Part shown: piece by piece, positions 25,775 through 39,004 of the stretch
Numbering within the stretch: the stretch's first letter is position 1
Layout: every line of letters starts with the position of its first letter
Assembly (NCBI GenBank): GCA_965113315.1
Contig: OZ220367.1
From: Podarcis vaucheri
Taxonomy: Eukaryota
Reading direction: 5' to 3' (one strand)
DNA length: 64,000 nt
The notes under the pieces: model-generated
Database searches by the model: none
What the model saw: only the letters and a program-made list of their open reading frames with translations
What the model was told of the DNA's origin: nothing
Made by a program: the position numbers and the translations under genes

Positions 25775-26524
25775 CTTATGAAAATGGTTTACAGATGGTA
25801 CATGACTCCAGTCAAGCTGGCAAAAATTTATCATTTGCCCGATAATAAATGTTGGAAATGTAGAGAGACTGAAGGCACCTTCTACCACCTCTGGTGGACG
25901 TGCCCGAAGATTAAGGCTTTCTGGGAAATGATCTATAATGAAATGAAAAAGGTACTTAAATGTACTTTTCCTAAAAAGCCAGAGGCCTTTCTCTTGGGCA
26001 TTGTCGGCCAATTGGTGTTAAAAAGGGATAGAGCTTTTTTTATGTATGCTACAACAGCAGCAAGAATACTCATCGCGAAGTATTGGAAGACACAAGATCT
26101 ACCCACTCTGGAAGAATGGCAGATGAAAGTGATGGACTATATGACATTGGCTGAGATGACAGGCAGAATCCGTGACCAACGAAAGGAGACGGTGGAAGAA
26201 GATTGGAGAAAATTTAAAAGCTATCTTAAGGACTATTATAAACTTAATGAATGTTAAAGTGTTGTGGTTTTTAGAAATAAAGGGATACAGTGATATAAGG
26301 TCAGAATATAGAGAGGAATAAGATGACAGAGGGTGGAAGTAACAATTGGGAGTTGCTAAAAATTATGGACATTGGGATGCAGAAAGGGGGGGGAAGGGGA
26401 AGTCCAAGAAAAGAGGCTTATGAAAATATGTTATGAAACTATACGTGTATGTTTGTCTTTTTAAGTGTTTGTTCGTTATTTAAAAACTTTGTAAAACCAA
26501 TAAAAATTTTATTTAAAAAAAAAA
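25775..26524 (+). mobile_element. 5'-truncated L1/Tx1-type LINE: ORF2 C-terminus, 3'UTR, poly(A)
   Basis: Open frame to TAA at 26257 with CX2CX8HX4C zinc knuckle (KCWKCRETEGTFYHLWWTC); AATAAA at 26499-26504; A-tail; 20-bp TSD agataatatacttgttttgg (25755-25774, 26525-26544). Confidence 0.9.
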
Positions 26525-26542
26525 AGATAATATACTTGTTTT

Positions 26543-26904
26543 GGGACGCAGGTGGCACTGTGGGTTAAACCACAGAGCCTAGGACTTGCCGATCAGAAGG
26601 TCGGCGGTTCGAATCCCTGCAACAGGGTGAGCTCCCGTTGCTCAGTCCCTGCTCCTGCCAACCTAGCAGTTTGAAAGCATGTCAAAGTGCAAGTAGATAA
26701 ATAGGTAGGTTTACCTTCAGCAGGAAGGTAAACGGCGTTTCCGTGTGCTGCTCTGGTTCGCCAGAAGCGGCTTAGTCATGCTGGCCACATGACCCGGAAG
26801 CTGTATGCCGGCTCCCTCGGCCAGTAAAGCGAGATGAGCGCCACAACCCCAGAGTCGGTCACGACTGAACCTAATGGTCAGGGGTCCCTTTACCTTTACC
26901 TTTA
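26543..26904 (+). mobile_element. Full-length Sauria SINE (lacertid/Podarcis-type)
   Basis: Head gggacgcaggtggcactgtgggttaaaccacagagcc with B box ggttcgaatcc; (ACCTTT)n tail; TSD taatatacttgttt (26528-26541, 26903-26916). Confidence 0.92.
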
Positions 26905-27218
26905 ATATACTTGTTTAACATCTGTACTTTCAATATGTGTAGTATTTCTCATGAAATCTAGGATGTGATACAAAATTTGGTGCTTGTGACAAAACCTCAT
27001 TTTTCATGTTAAAAAAGTAGCATGTTTCAATGCCTTGGGGTCATGGTGATACATCTGAAACGTCAACGCTGTACTTATAAAAGGCTGTAGTATCCAGGAA
27101 CCTGTGACCCGCAAGTTTTCCTCTACCAATAGCTTTCCCTCAGTTAAACATAAATCTCCTCCTGCTGTTACATCATTCCCATCAAGAAAGAAATTGAACC
27201 ACATATATATATTCATAT

Positions 27219-27395
27219 TCATAGAACCATAGAGACCCTGGTGGGATCACCTAGTCCAGCCCCCTGCAATGCCGGAATCTCAACTAGATCATCCATGACA
27301 GATGGCCATCCGGCCTCTGCTTAAAAACCTCCCAGGAAGCAGAGTCCACCTCCTCTTGTGAGCGTCTTTTCCACTGCCAATCAACTCCTACCATT
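27219..27395 (-). mobile_element. CR1-type LINE 3' fragment
   Basis: catagaaccataga..ctagtccagccccctgcaatgc..catccatgacagatggccatcc, same 3' sequence as 15812-16160. Confidence 0.65.
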
Positions 27396-28686
27396 CAAAT
27401 AATGAGCTGAGCTCGACAGTGTATGCACATATGTAAAATATTTTACATATTTACCCATTTTCATAATTTATTCTGTGTGCTGAATTTGAGTTCCCCCTGG
27501 TACAAATGTGAGTTTCTTTCATGGGAGGGGGTTTGGATTTTGGGGAGAGAGGTGTAGATTATAGACAGGTCTGGATAAGGATGAATCTCTTAAAATCTGG
27601 GTAGTAAACTAAATCCCTAAGTCCCAAGCAATTGCTGCTGGATGTACAGCGTTCTTGCACTGGGAACGAGATAAACAGTAGTGCTAATAAAGAGAATGGC
27701 TGCTGTGAAAAATAGTGCACTGTTCTTTCAGTTCTGCAACACATTCCTGAAGCTTAATGTGTGCATATTTGCGTGGAGGATTCTGTTGCATTTATGATAC
27801 TTCCTTGGACATGGAGGAGCAGAAATGCTAACACCTTGTTAGTAGGCTCAGAATAGTGATTAAACCTAGCTGACTGGCAGACACAAATTTTTCCATCCCC
27901 TTTACTTGGAATCTAGAAAAGGGGATGGAATTTATTAAGCTATTGAGGTCATAGGTGGACTAGTTACACACTCAGTAAATGTGCAGCTTCTCTTCAAAGG
28001 TGTATTAACTGTAAGAAACAAGTCAGTGCAGGAGTTGTGACTCCTACTTCTGATCCTCCCCACTCCCCAATCCATTATATTAGCCCACTCTTCTTGCACA
28101 ACTGATGCCCCCCGCTTTCCTACTCCTCTCGCAGATATGGGAATGAATGAAACATGGGAGTCCTGGCTTTCTGCCTGTTCTCGTACACATTGCAAATGCA
28201 TTGCGTGACTCCTCTAAGGAGTGCCTGAAACATCTATGCGTGAGAATTGCATTGCACCCACAGATGCTTGGCACACTTGGTTGCGAGAAAAAACTAATGG
28301 ACGTCTCTGACTCTTTTCTATGGCCCCTAAGAGTGGATTAGCATGTCCCGCAGGAGTCGGGAGGGTATCATTCCTAAGAGGGCCTCTCTGGACTAGTTTG
28401 TTCATCTCAGGACAGTTCCGGGTCCTCAGGATCCCATTCTTTGCCAGCAGGGACCTGGAGCCAGAACAGGACCCAGCAGTTTGCCAAGAAACAGCTGCAT
28501 GTGTTTTTCCCATGGGCTATTGTTCCTGGTTGCTAAGGAACAGGGCCCTTCAGGTGTCGCCCGGGAGACAAGGGCCTGGGTATTTGGTTTTAGGTCAGCC
28601 GCAATAAAGGCGACAGAACTGCCTGGGCGTCCTGGGTCCTCCTCTGTCATTTGTCAGCTGCTCCTCTTTCCCTGTGCATGTAATAC

Positions 28687-28688
<2 letters not shown>

Positions 28689-28749
<61 letters not shown>
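28689..28749. repeat. (TG)n microsatellite with one interruption
   Basis: Direct reading. Confidence 0.95.
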
Positions 28750-29860
28750 TCAAGAGAGAAAGACTGGGCAGACTGCCTGCCAGTCTGGGACCTATGCCAG
28801 TTTGGTAACGCACCTGACATCTCCCTGAGCAGTGTGTTATTTGCCTGGGCTCACTTTGGCCACATGGCAAAAGCACTGATGGGCATCCTTTCCCCTTGCT
28901 GTCAATATCCTATCATGGAATCATAGAATTGTAGAGATGGGACCCCGAGGGTCATCCAGTCCACCCCCTGCAATGCAGGAATCCTGCTCACAGCCATCCC
29001 TTGGTAGGCTCAAACCACCAGCCTTTTGATTAACAGCCAGGCGCATTGACCCATTGTTTCATCTGAATCAAGTATCTGGCTTGTATCCTGTAGACTTCTG
29101 GGGTCACCTAGGCCAGCATAGGGAAACATCAGGCCTGGAGGCCGGATGAGGTACTCCAGGGCCCTGAGAACATCACATACAGAGTATTTCTGCCTGACTG
29201 GAATGTATCCTTGAACTCTGATAATGCCTGTCATTTGTGTATGTACCATATGTGCAGAAACTGGCCTGCTTTACAAAGTTAAGATTCACATTCATTGCTC
29301 CGGCCACTTTTGCCTTTGCCCCGGCATCACAACTGACTGCCATGTGTCCCCAGAATTTACGCAGCCTTCGTGCTGAAAAGGGCTCTCCACCCCCACCTTC
29401 GGCACACATCTGGCAGCTTCCTAGTCCCTGCCCCCGAAATGGTTTTCTTCTACTAGAAAAGCAAACTCCTTGCTTATTATTTTTCTATAGTGCCCAACAG
29501 CCAAAGCTCTCTGGGTGGTGCACAAGATAAGAGATTAAAGCTATAAAATACAAGACTATAACAATAAAACTTACCATAAAATCTAAAACAAATTTAAAGC
29601 AGCCACAGAATAAAAACCAAAGTCCTTTTCCCTCCCTCTGCCTTTTTACTAGAAAGGGGCGGGGGGCTATTCAACCTGCATCCGATGCATTATTCTGTCT
29701 TCCTTTCATAGGCAAAGCCAGTCATATGCTCATGCATGGTCCATGTTCCCTAGAGAAAAGGCTGTCAGGTAGCAGATATGAAAGACCTCTGCCTGAGACC
29801 TTGGAAAACATACATATTTGGGAGGAAGTGGGTTTTGGCTCAAGCCCTCCCAATCGATTA

Positions 29861-30080
29861 TAGACAACCCCCGATTTGTGCAGGGGTTGCGTTCTGGGTC
29901 ATTGTGCGCTTGCGTGAAATCACATACAATTGAAACACTCTGTTCCGCTCTTGCCGCTGCCCTTGCCGCACCCTTTTAGTGATGTCTTTTATGAAGTTTC
30001 TGGGTTAATTCTGGGTTTGGCGCTGTGCACATGTGTGCAATTGCATACATATCAGTCACACCTAAAACAGGGGTTGCCAG
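29861..30080. mobile_element. Degraded Tc1/mariner-type MITE
   Basis: TA flanks; imperfect TIR tagacaacccccgattt / aaaacaggggttgccag. Confidence 0.5.
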
Positions 30081-30433
30081 TACTGTATGTGATTGATTCC
30101 TACCCCAAAACAGTGGCACCCAGAAGCCCCCTGTTGCGTCTCCTCTGCCTTGGTTGTTTCTTCTGCTGCTCACCATTTGGTTTGTTTTCTGCCTACCACC
30201 CCATTACCACCTATCTTACCACCTGATCTCACAGGTTCATGTATTAATCATTGGCTGTCCACATTGCCTTGGCAACTGCTGCTTATGTATTTTTGAAGTG
30301 TTCAACTCATAAAGTCATGTTTGCTAGTGAATCACATAAACATAATCCTACAAGCTGAACATATTTGTATGTATCCAGTTGGAAAGTACCAGGTTATACA
30401 AAGTGTGTCATTGAACGTCTTCCTCATTCTGCA

Positions 30434-30704
30434 CAGTGTGGTGTAGTGGTTAAGAGCGGTAGACTCGTAATCTGGTGAACCGGGTTCGTGTCTCCGCTCC
30501 TCCACATGCGGCTGCTGGGTGACCTTGGGCCAGTCACACTTCTTTGAAGTCTCTCAGCCCCACTCACCTCACAGAGTGTTTGTTGTGGGGGAGGAAGGGA
30601 AAGGAGAATGTTAGCCGCTTTGAGACTCCTTCGGGTAGTGATAAAGCGGGATATCAAATCCAAACTCCTCCTCCTCCTCCTCCTCCTCCTCCTTCTTCTT
30701 CTTC
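30434..30704 (+). mobile_element. Young tRNA-derived SINE (Squam3-like) with (CCT)n(CTT)n tail
   Basis: Near-identical to 24063-24305; B-box-like ggttcgtgtc. Confidence 0.85.
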
Positions 30705-31771
30705 ACATTGGCTATCTTAATCCAATTGGTAGAGGGCACCACCACCACATTTTTGGGGGGGGAGGGGAGCCTTTTATGGTCCAGTGCCCAAGGCTGTTCA
30801 GAATCTGTGTCTGCAAGGAAATCCAAAATCTGAAATGTGCAGAAGAATAAAGTTTTCACATTCTGGTGCCATAAGCCAGAACTTGTGTGCCTGTGGGTGT
30901 GTACAAACTGAATTGTTCTGTGACCACTGCGCTGATACCTAGGGATTTAGGCTGCTGTTGGTTTGCATATGAGAAGAAATAGAGCACTGCATCACTGCAT
31001 GGTTTCTTGATGCATAGAAGGCTCATCAAAGAGCATCTTTTTAGAATCTGCCTTCTATTTCAGATGCCTTGCTCTTCTCATCCTGAGCTCCGGATGCTTT
31101 CTCCACACACACCCAACTTAAATAAAAGCGGAACATCTCAGGGAGCCAAACCTGTGCCAGATTCCAGAGTGTTGTACACGGTACTAGGCCAGTGTACAGT
31201 TGAGCATATAGTGGAAGGAAAAAGCTAATGCCACCTTCTTGGAAAGACTGATTTGGATGCTACAGGGCTCCGCCTTTTAGCTGAGAAAATAGCACCACAA
31301 ATGGGCGGTTTGGAGCATCTGTTGGTTCTCGCTCACTCTTGCCCAGCCTTCTCCATCCTAGTCCCCTTCAGATGATTCAGATTGCAACTTCCGTCAGCTT
31401 CAGCCAACACATGTGTTGGCTGAAGCTGTTGGGAGTTGTAGTCCAAAACCTCCGGATAGAGGCATACCTAGGGTCCCTTGCACCCTCTGATAAGGAGCTA
31501 TATCTGTGCTGCCCCTCCCCAAATCTAAAAAGCAGGCAAGGTTGCCTGGACAGGAGGAACATGACTCTTCAGGGTTGGATGGAGTGCCCACACTGCTCCC
31601 TGCCTGGAAGCTGCTCCAAGGACTTCTTTCTGTCCCCTCCTGCAGCAGCAGCAGCAGCAGCTTCTCCTATTGGAGATCCTGGCGGATTCCTTCTGTGGGT
31701 GAAGCAAGGTGCTGTAGCGCTGAGCTGAGGTTGCATGTGCTCCAGGTGTCATGGGAGGATGTTGACGATGA

Positions 31772-32120
31772 TAATAATATAATAATTTATTATTTATACC
31801 CCGCCCATCTGGCTGAGTTTCCCAAGCCACTCTGGGCAGCTCCCAATCGAGTGTTAAAAAAAATACAGCATTAAATATTAAAAACCTCCCTAAACAGGGC
31901 TGCCTTCAGATGTCTTTTTAAAATAAGATAGCTGCTTATTTCCTTGGCATCTGTTGGGAGGGTGTTCCACAGGGTGGGCGCCACTACCAAGAAGGCCCTC
32001 TGTCTAGTTCCCTGTAACCTTACTTCTCACAATGAGGGAACCGCCAGAAGGCCCTCGGCGCTGGATCTCAGTGTTGGGGCTGAGCGATAGGGGTGGAGAC
32101 ACTCCTTCAGGTATACAGGA
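31772..32120 (-). mobile_element. L2-type LINE 3' end with (AAT)n-like tail
   Basis: ttatttataccccgcccatctggctg..ccactctggg..ccctaaacagggctgccttcagatgtc; shorter copy at 38568-38709. Confidence 0.75.
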
Positions 32121-34877
32121 TGCCTGATAGGTGACATTTGTGGGTCCTCCCCAGCCTACGCCCCCAGGTGGTTTCGCCAACCCCTAGGTCTGCCTCTGCT
32201 TCTGGAGGAACTAGGTTGGGGGAAGGCTGGTTTAGCCGGTGGAATTGAGGCTGGAGGGAGGGCCCACCTGTTGGCTTTCTCCAGACATTCTGCTGCTGGG
32301 CTGCCTGCCTGGTTGCATGGATTCATGTTTCCTACTTTCTCTCATTTCCTTCCATAAATGATAAAAAAATAAATAGTGCAGAATGAAGAGGCAGGGCTGC
32401 AGAGGACTAGGGGGAGGGGGTGAAGCAGGAGATAGATTACCGGCCTCATTCGGCCCATTTTCCTTTACACAGGTGCTGACCCCTGACATTCCTTGGCAGC
32501 TTGGGGGCCTTAACCTGAGAAAAAGCAAACATTCGCTCTCCTCTACGCTTTGGCGGTGGAGTCTCCGCTCCTAGCCAGCACTTGCACTGGCCTTGTGGCT
32601 GCAGGATGGGTGGTCTTCACAGAAAGAGTTATCCCACCCTTAACCAGAGAGGCAAACCTTTCTGATTTGCTCAGCTCCTGATAATGGCTTGTTCCATAGT
32701 GGTGTAGCTGGAGGTTTGCCTTGTGGGTGGTGGCTGTCATCAGTGATGGTGAGGCAGTGGGAGAAAGCAGTGTTTTCAGATAAAGGAGTCTACACTGAGC
32801 ATAATACTTTGCTTAAACTACGTATGTCTTTTAGTATTGTTGGGAGTGCCTCAGGCATGCCTTAATCAACTGACAGGGTTGTCAGATCCAAATTGAACCT
32901 ACTTTGTTCTATAGAGTGGTGACATCCTGGATTAAGGGATAAACAATAGGATACCTGCTCAGACACAGGGCATCTGGAAGAAATACTCCCGAACCTTTTT
33001 CATAGGAGTCCCTTGGGTAGGGAACAGTCCCTAATGGGTTACTGCCCAAATCTCACTTGTGGGTCTTGAGATTCCCCAGGATTTTGAAAACTGTATGCTT
33101 TGACTCAGAACTAAAGACAAGTAAGAGGACTCCATAAGGGGCTTAAACAGTACTCTAGTTGGAACAGGACCTCACACCAGCTCAGTTTTATAGTGTGCAC
33201 ATAATTGCCTCTTGGCTTCGGGATTGTAATGTATAGCAGATGTAGGACTGAGCCACCTGGTGCTGCAAGGGAGGGTCAGGGTGGTGAATATTTTGACTAG
33301 GAGAGGCAACAGTGGCTGGTGAAGGTGCTTGGCTACTTTGGGGCAATGCTCAAGTCAGGCAGGAAATCTGTGACAAAGAGCAAAGGATATATACAAGGCC
33401 TCCAGCTGGCCCTGCATGGAGCCTTCGAAGGCTGCTGGGCGACTCCTAGCAGAACACATCATGAATATGCCCATCTCCACATTTTTATAGTCTTGTTCTC
33501 TTGGCATAGTCGCTACTTTGCCTTGCCCTTGTGGCTCTCCCACCCCCCACTGCCAGTATGCTACTCAGCTGAACAGACTGTCGGTGCCAGTGAAGGTTTG
33601 AGCTCCTGATGCTCAGGGTCAAAGGACTGCCTGAAAAAGCTGCGCTTTCTGGATAAGCAGAAGCGAAACAGATTTTCCTGACATAAATAGGGGATTTACT
33701 GAGATATTACGGGGGCAGCTGAGGAGAGGAAATGCAAACCTATCTCAGCTTACTAAACCAACTTAAATCTAACCCTTGAGTATATGTAATAGTGAAATGT
33801 AATCACCCACACAGAGTGAATGACTTTGGATTGGCCTCCTCAGATTTTACACTGGCTGTCTCACCCCATATATATGTGGGGCGGGGGGAGGATGTGGGGA
33901 CTGCATCGGAGACCTGAGGCTTCGACCACCCAGATTTGACGGAACTCCTCTTGTTACATCCTCTAAGAAACTTTTAAAACAATGACAAGCTCTGTCCCCT
34001 TTTCCAATGTTCTCTATAGATTCAGAATTATAATAAGGTGGTGCATGCGTACATGACTGGGAAACTGTGGCAGGGAGCATCACATGGTTGTGAAGAAGGG
34101 CATAAGTGCTGCCTTGCTAAATAAGGCCATAGATTAGGATCGGAAACAGGAAGCCCTTTGGCTCTGGCTTTCAGAAGGAAGCATTCAATCCAGATGAAAG
34201 GGAGTTGTAAAAGATGTGACAGGAGTAACCGGATTTGCTGTCAGGCAGCTTTGAAGGACTGGGCTGTGTGGCATTATCTCATCGCTCCTCAAACCCTTTT
34301 CAGAAGGACTCCCCAGGAAAAGCAGTTTTTGGCCAGGTCCATAGGCCAATCTAATTCAAGATTCTGTCTTTTGCAGCAGCCAGGGCTGACCTACCCATGG
34401 GGCAAGGTGAGGCGACTGTCTCCAGTGTCCACAGGGGCAGCAGATCCAGTTTCCAAGGAATGCATTGCCCACTGCAGTAACAGCAACAACTGCGGCACAC
34501 TCCTTGGAAGCCGGATCTGCCATTTTCTTGGGCAACCGTTTCCATGCCACTTCTACAGTGGCCTCTTGGTGAATAGGAGGAGCTGCTGCTCTCCTCCCAC
34601 CCTTGTTCCCAATGCAGAACATTATTCTCCACCCTCCACCTTGTTACCTGATATAGATCGCCACTCCTTCCATGGCAGAGAGTGGAGTGCCATTTTGTGG
34701 TTCACCTCAGGTGCCAAAATGTCTTGGTCTGGCCCTGGCATCGGCCATTCCATGCACCTGAGAAACCCACAACTAGGGCAGGGTACAGCTGGTCATCCCC
34801 AGTTGTGGTGAGCATCACTAATGTCTGGTAAACAGATGAATGTGAGGTTTGCATTCTTAGCTATAATAACTAATATA

Positions 34878-35103
34878 CAGTGGTACCTCGGGTTACAGAT
34901 GCTTCAGGTTACAGACTCCGCTAACCCAGAAATAGTACCTCAAGTTAAGAACTTTGCTTCAAGATGAGAACAGAAATCATGCTCCGGCGGCGCAGCATCA
35001 GTGGGAGGCCCCATTAGCTAAAGTGGTACCTCAGGTTAAGAACAGTTTCAGGTTAAGAACGGACCTCCAGAACAAATTAAGTTCTTAATCCGAGGTACCA
35101 CTG
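34878..35103. mobile_element. Tc1/mariner MITE, intact ends
   Basis: TA flanks; 18-bp TIR cagtggtacctcgg(g/a)tta with 1 mismatch. Confidence 0.9.
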
Positions 35104-35616
35104 TATACTGCTATGTGTGCAAACTATGGTAGGCTAGTTGGATCTTTCTCAGGCGGTTTTAATAGTTGTTGTCAGGTGACAACTTCTAGTACTACCCATG
35201 TTCGTCTGTGGTAAGGGGCTTCTAGGCAAACAATAACTTGCAACTAGTCATTCTGATCCACTTTTTCTCTTTGTGCTATTGTCATATGAGGTTCAACATA
35301 GGCACAGTTTAAGTCCTATGCTTTCCACAGCTATACAGCAGTTTCCCATTTACACCAATGGGCCGTCCTTGAGGGGAATGTTCCTATGCTCGGTGGTCTG
35401 GCTCCCCATCTATATAACTACTCCCTTGTCATCCACTTACCTTTTCCTGTTCTGGACATGTGCACAAGTATTTCTTCTCCTTAGGGAAAAAGTGGCACCC
35501 TCTCCCCAAATACAGTGCAAATATTTAAATTGACAGTTTGCTGCTATTTCTCAAAATTTGATGTTTGAGGTATTCATTTTCCTCTGCTGACTTTTTAGGG
35601 TCAGCACTTGGCATAG

Positions 35617-35760
35617 TAGAATCATAGAACTGTAGTGTTGGACAGGACCGTGAGAGTCATCTAGTCCAACTCTCCAATGCAAGAATCTTTTTGCCCAACA
35701 TGGGGCTCAAACCCACAGCCTTAAGATGAAGAGCCTCATGCTCTACTGACTACGCTATCC
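35617..35760 (-). mobile_element. tRNA-Lys(CTT)-headed SINE with CR1-like tail
   Basis: Minus strand ggatagcgtagtcagtagagcatgaggctcttcatcttaaggctgtgggtttgagccccatgttgggc followed by the CR1 3' end. Confidence 0.7.
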
Positions 35761-35824
35761 CAACACCTGCTTCTGAAAGCTGAGAAGTCCTCATATATAT
35801 TTGTCCTCATGGGCATATATTTGT

Positions 35825-35826
<2 letters not shown>

Positions 35827-35861
<35 letters not shown>
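35827..35861. repeat. (CA)n microsatellite
   Basis: Direct reading; other (CA)/(TG) tracts at ~5911-5946, 38759-38790, 42789-42815, 45697-45732, 46508-46536. Confidence 0.9.
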
Positions 35862-35864
<3 letters not shown>

Positions 35865-38566
35865 CTCATTGCCTCTTCCCAAAAACCTTTGCATTTGATG
35901 ATAGGCATTTCCCCTCAGGCTGCCACTAACAAATACACCTATTCTGCTGCTGGGTTAAGGGATTTGCACAGAAAGCCCAGCCTCTACGCTCATGAGAAGA
36001 ATTAGACCTCACCCGGTCTGCAGGGAAGGTCACAGGAAGTGAAGCATGCGGCTCCTTTGTGTCCCTTTTGTAATTCTTTGTCACAATGAACTGCCCCTGG
36101 CTGCCCACCCAAGTTAAAGTGCATAGGCCTCGGTGACAGGAGCGGTCTGTCATTATTAGCCCCCACCTCTTTGGCACGAGTGCTTCACTCTTTTGCTACT
36201 GAGCTCACTTGTCATCATTCTGCCTGTCACCATCCCAAACTGCACAGAATGGTGGCAGACCCAAGTCTCAAGGAAGTGAAGGTTTCAGCTGAAATATCCC
36301 AGCTTGTTTCTATCTCCATTTAATTTAATCCCCCTTCTGCAGCCCTTAATGTAGGTGGTCCTGCTCTCAACCAATGGGGTCACAAGCTTGTGACTCTCTC
36401 ATCCACAGAACCTCTAAGCACCAACCTGTCTCAGGCAGGCTATCGCCAGCTCTGCCATCCCATGGATATAATGAACCGTTCACACACTCGAACCCTTAAA
36501 CCTGGCAAATTACAACCCTCTTTTGCCCAGCCTCTTAAGACTGGGCACCTGCAGAACTTTTTGCTGAACTGGCTACAGTGCTTTGCTGGCTGGTTTGCCA
36601 GTTCACCTTGGATTGTCAGTCTAACTGTATAAAAGTTCAAGTGCAGTGAAAGTAAAATTATATAAATGCATTCAGCATTCAAGGGTTGAAGGAGATATAT
36701 GGTAAGCAAGTATATTGGCAGTACTGGCTCTTTCGCTATTTCAGTTCAGCATTCCCAAATCCAAACTAGCTCTTTACCTTACAGTTTCTTTTAATTGTCA
36801 TTTGGTTTCATGCAGCCCCGGATGTTTATTTTCCAGCTATCCCAGCATACATTCAGACTAGGGAACCCGCTTTTTAGGGATGGGTGTGATTCCCCATCCA
36901 ATGCATGTTACAGATGCTTGGAACAAAGGGGTTTCTAGCTGTATTCAGTTGCCCATTACTATGCATTGTTTCCCATCAACAAACAGGCTGCAGTCAAGGC
37001 TAAGGGGAGGGAGAATGGCATTTGTCCACTTTGCATAACAGAGTTGCTTGGCGTCAAACAATCCTCTTGCCCAGCAGTCCTCTTGCAGAGAGCATTCTTT
37101 CATGTCAAATCAATGTGCTTACTAGAAAGTATGCCAGGTGTTCTTTCATATAATATACAGCCATTTGGTTTCATGTCCCAGATGTATTTTAGCACTAAAC
37201 CAATTTTATCCTGGCATTTTCTCATGAGAATATCTCCTATTGTGGAACTAGAGGGCAACTGATTGATGAAATGTGGGATAAAAGAAATTAAGGTTTGTAT
37301 CAAATTAAGAGAGGGCAGCTGCTGAAATGGAAACATGGAAATAAGAGTATTATACTTAATTTAGCTAAAATCCATGCAATTGGGGGGGGGCGCAGGGGAC
37401 AAATTGTATAACTTTGTTTCATAGTTTTATGCTATCATCTCCAAACCTTAAAAGTGGCATCCAGTTAATGAACGATTTATACTGATAATTATGGAGATCT
37501 TAATATTGCTTTTAGTGCTTTTTTCACTGTTCTGAGTACAGACTGCTAACGTTCAGTATTTCCTTTCTTTGGCTCTTGGCATTTAAATCATCCTAACCTT
37601 ACGTCTTAACTCAGCATCCTGGGGAGTTGCTTGCACTTAAACAGAATATGCTACAAAACTACATAGGCCAGGAAAACCTGATTTTCTCCCCCACTGCCTG
37701 TATCTGAAGCAGAGTCCCCATTGCCACTTGCACTAACAGTTCTCCAGGAGCGTCTCAGGGTAAGGTAATGTCCAGGACTCAGTCATAGTGTATTTGCTTA
37801 GCGACACTTGGTTAAATATTTATCCCCTCGCTGTTCCTCCCCCCTCCCGCAACTCAGAAGCACATTAGTTGTTAAATGCCCCTCCTCGGGACAGCATGTG
37901 GCTCCCGGACCCTGACAGCTCAAGCTATCATTTGTACCTGTGAATTATTGATAAGCTATCAGACAACCCAGGTCTTGGAAGAGACAGGCTGCTTGGATGG
38001 TAAAGGTGCTGGGCTGCCCCTCTGCTCTATGTGTGTGTAGGGGGGGGAGTGGTCCAAGGGAAGATTTCCTCTCACTGGTGCTCAGTTGCAACAAAAGCTA
38101 TTGTAACGCAGTATCCCTGTGTTTGGATCAGGCGTCTCACTTGAGTGTGGTGTCATAATACAGGGCTTGGTCAGAATAAGCACTTCCATAGGATGAACAC
38201 CAACATGGCGTGGTGATTAGTGTGCCAGGCTAGGAGTGGGCAGGCCTGGGTTCAGATCGCCTGTCTGCAGTAGCTAAGGGTCAACACCTTGCCTTCTGGA
38301 GATGTGTTGGTGGGCGGAGTTCATTATTAGTAAAAGCCATTTCCTAGCAGAAGGCTGTGTCTGGTTTGTGGTCTGTCTCTTCTTTGTAAATTAGGCCCAG
38401 TTTGAAATGATGACTTTGGATGTTTGTCACCTCTAACCTACCCCACAGGGCTGTTGTGTGGATAAAACCCTCAACTCCTGGTAAAAAAATGGAATAGTAG
38501 GTCTTTGCATGTCAGTTCAGGAATTCACAAAGCTTGGAATATGTAGATCTACTTGCTGTTTCTCTC

Positions 38567-38567
<1 letters not shown>

Positions 38568-38597
<30 letters not shown>

Positions 38598-38709
38598 TAT
38601 TTATTATTTGTACCCCGCCCATCTGGCTGGGTTTCCCCAGCCACTCTGGGCGGCTTCCACAAAGACCAAAAATACACAAAGTTGGCATACATTAAAAACT
38701 TCCCTAAAC
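38568..38709 (-). mobile_element. Short L2-type 3' end with (AAT)n tail
   Basis: Same sequence as 31772-31895. Confidence 0.75.
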
Positions 38710-38755
38710 ATGGATGATACTAGGCGTCTGGTTTGAACTCTGGGCAGTCCATACC

Positions 38756-38793
<38 letters not shown>

Positions 38794-39004
38794 ATACAAG
38801 GGTTGTATTGGCCAGCCACTGGCCTTGAAGAAGGCACAGATCCAGGCACAGATCCAGCAGGCATTCCAATCATCCGTGTTTGGGTTGGCCCACATTTGGC
38901 TCAGAATCCAAGGAAAAGCCAGCAACTAGTGGAAATGCCTTTTCCCTAGTCTGAAGGAGCAATTCCTCAGGGAATCTGTTAATGTGCTGCTTTTGTACAT
39001 ATAT

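Noticed and set aside
27429-27450. Perfect 22-bp palindrome atatgtaaaatattttacatat
   Set aside because: AT-rich and isolated, with no supporting context
23982-30663. Two near-identical minus-strand ORFs (LDLISRFITTRRSLKAANILL..)
   Set aside because: Antisense translations of two copies of the same SINE
34158-34811. 217-aa ORF
   Set aside because: No recognisable domain, non-ATG start, and it overlaps a degraded MITE-like sequence (~34380-34738)
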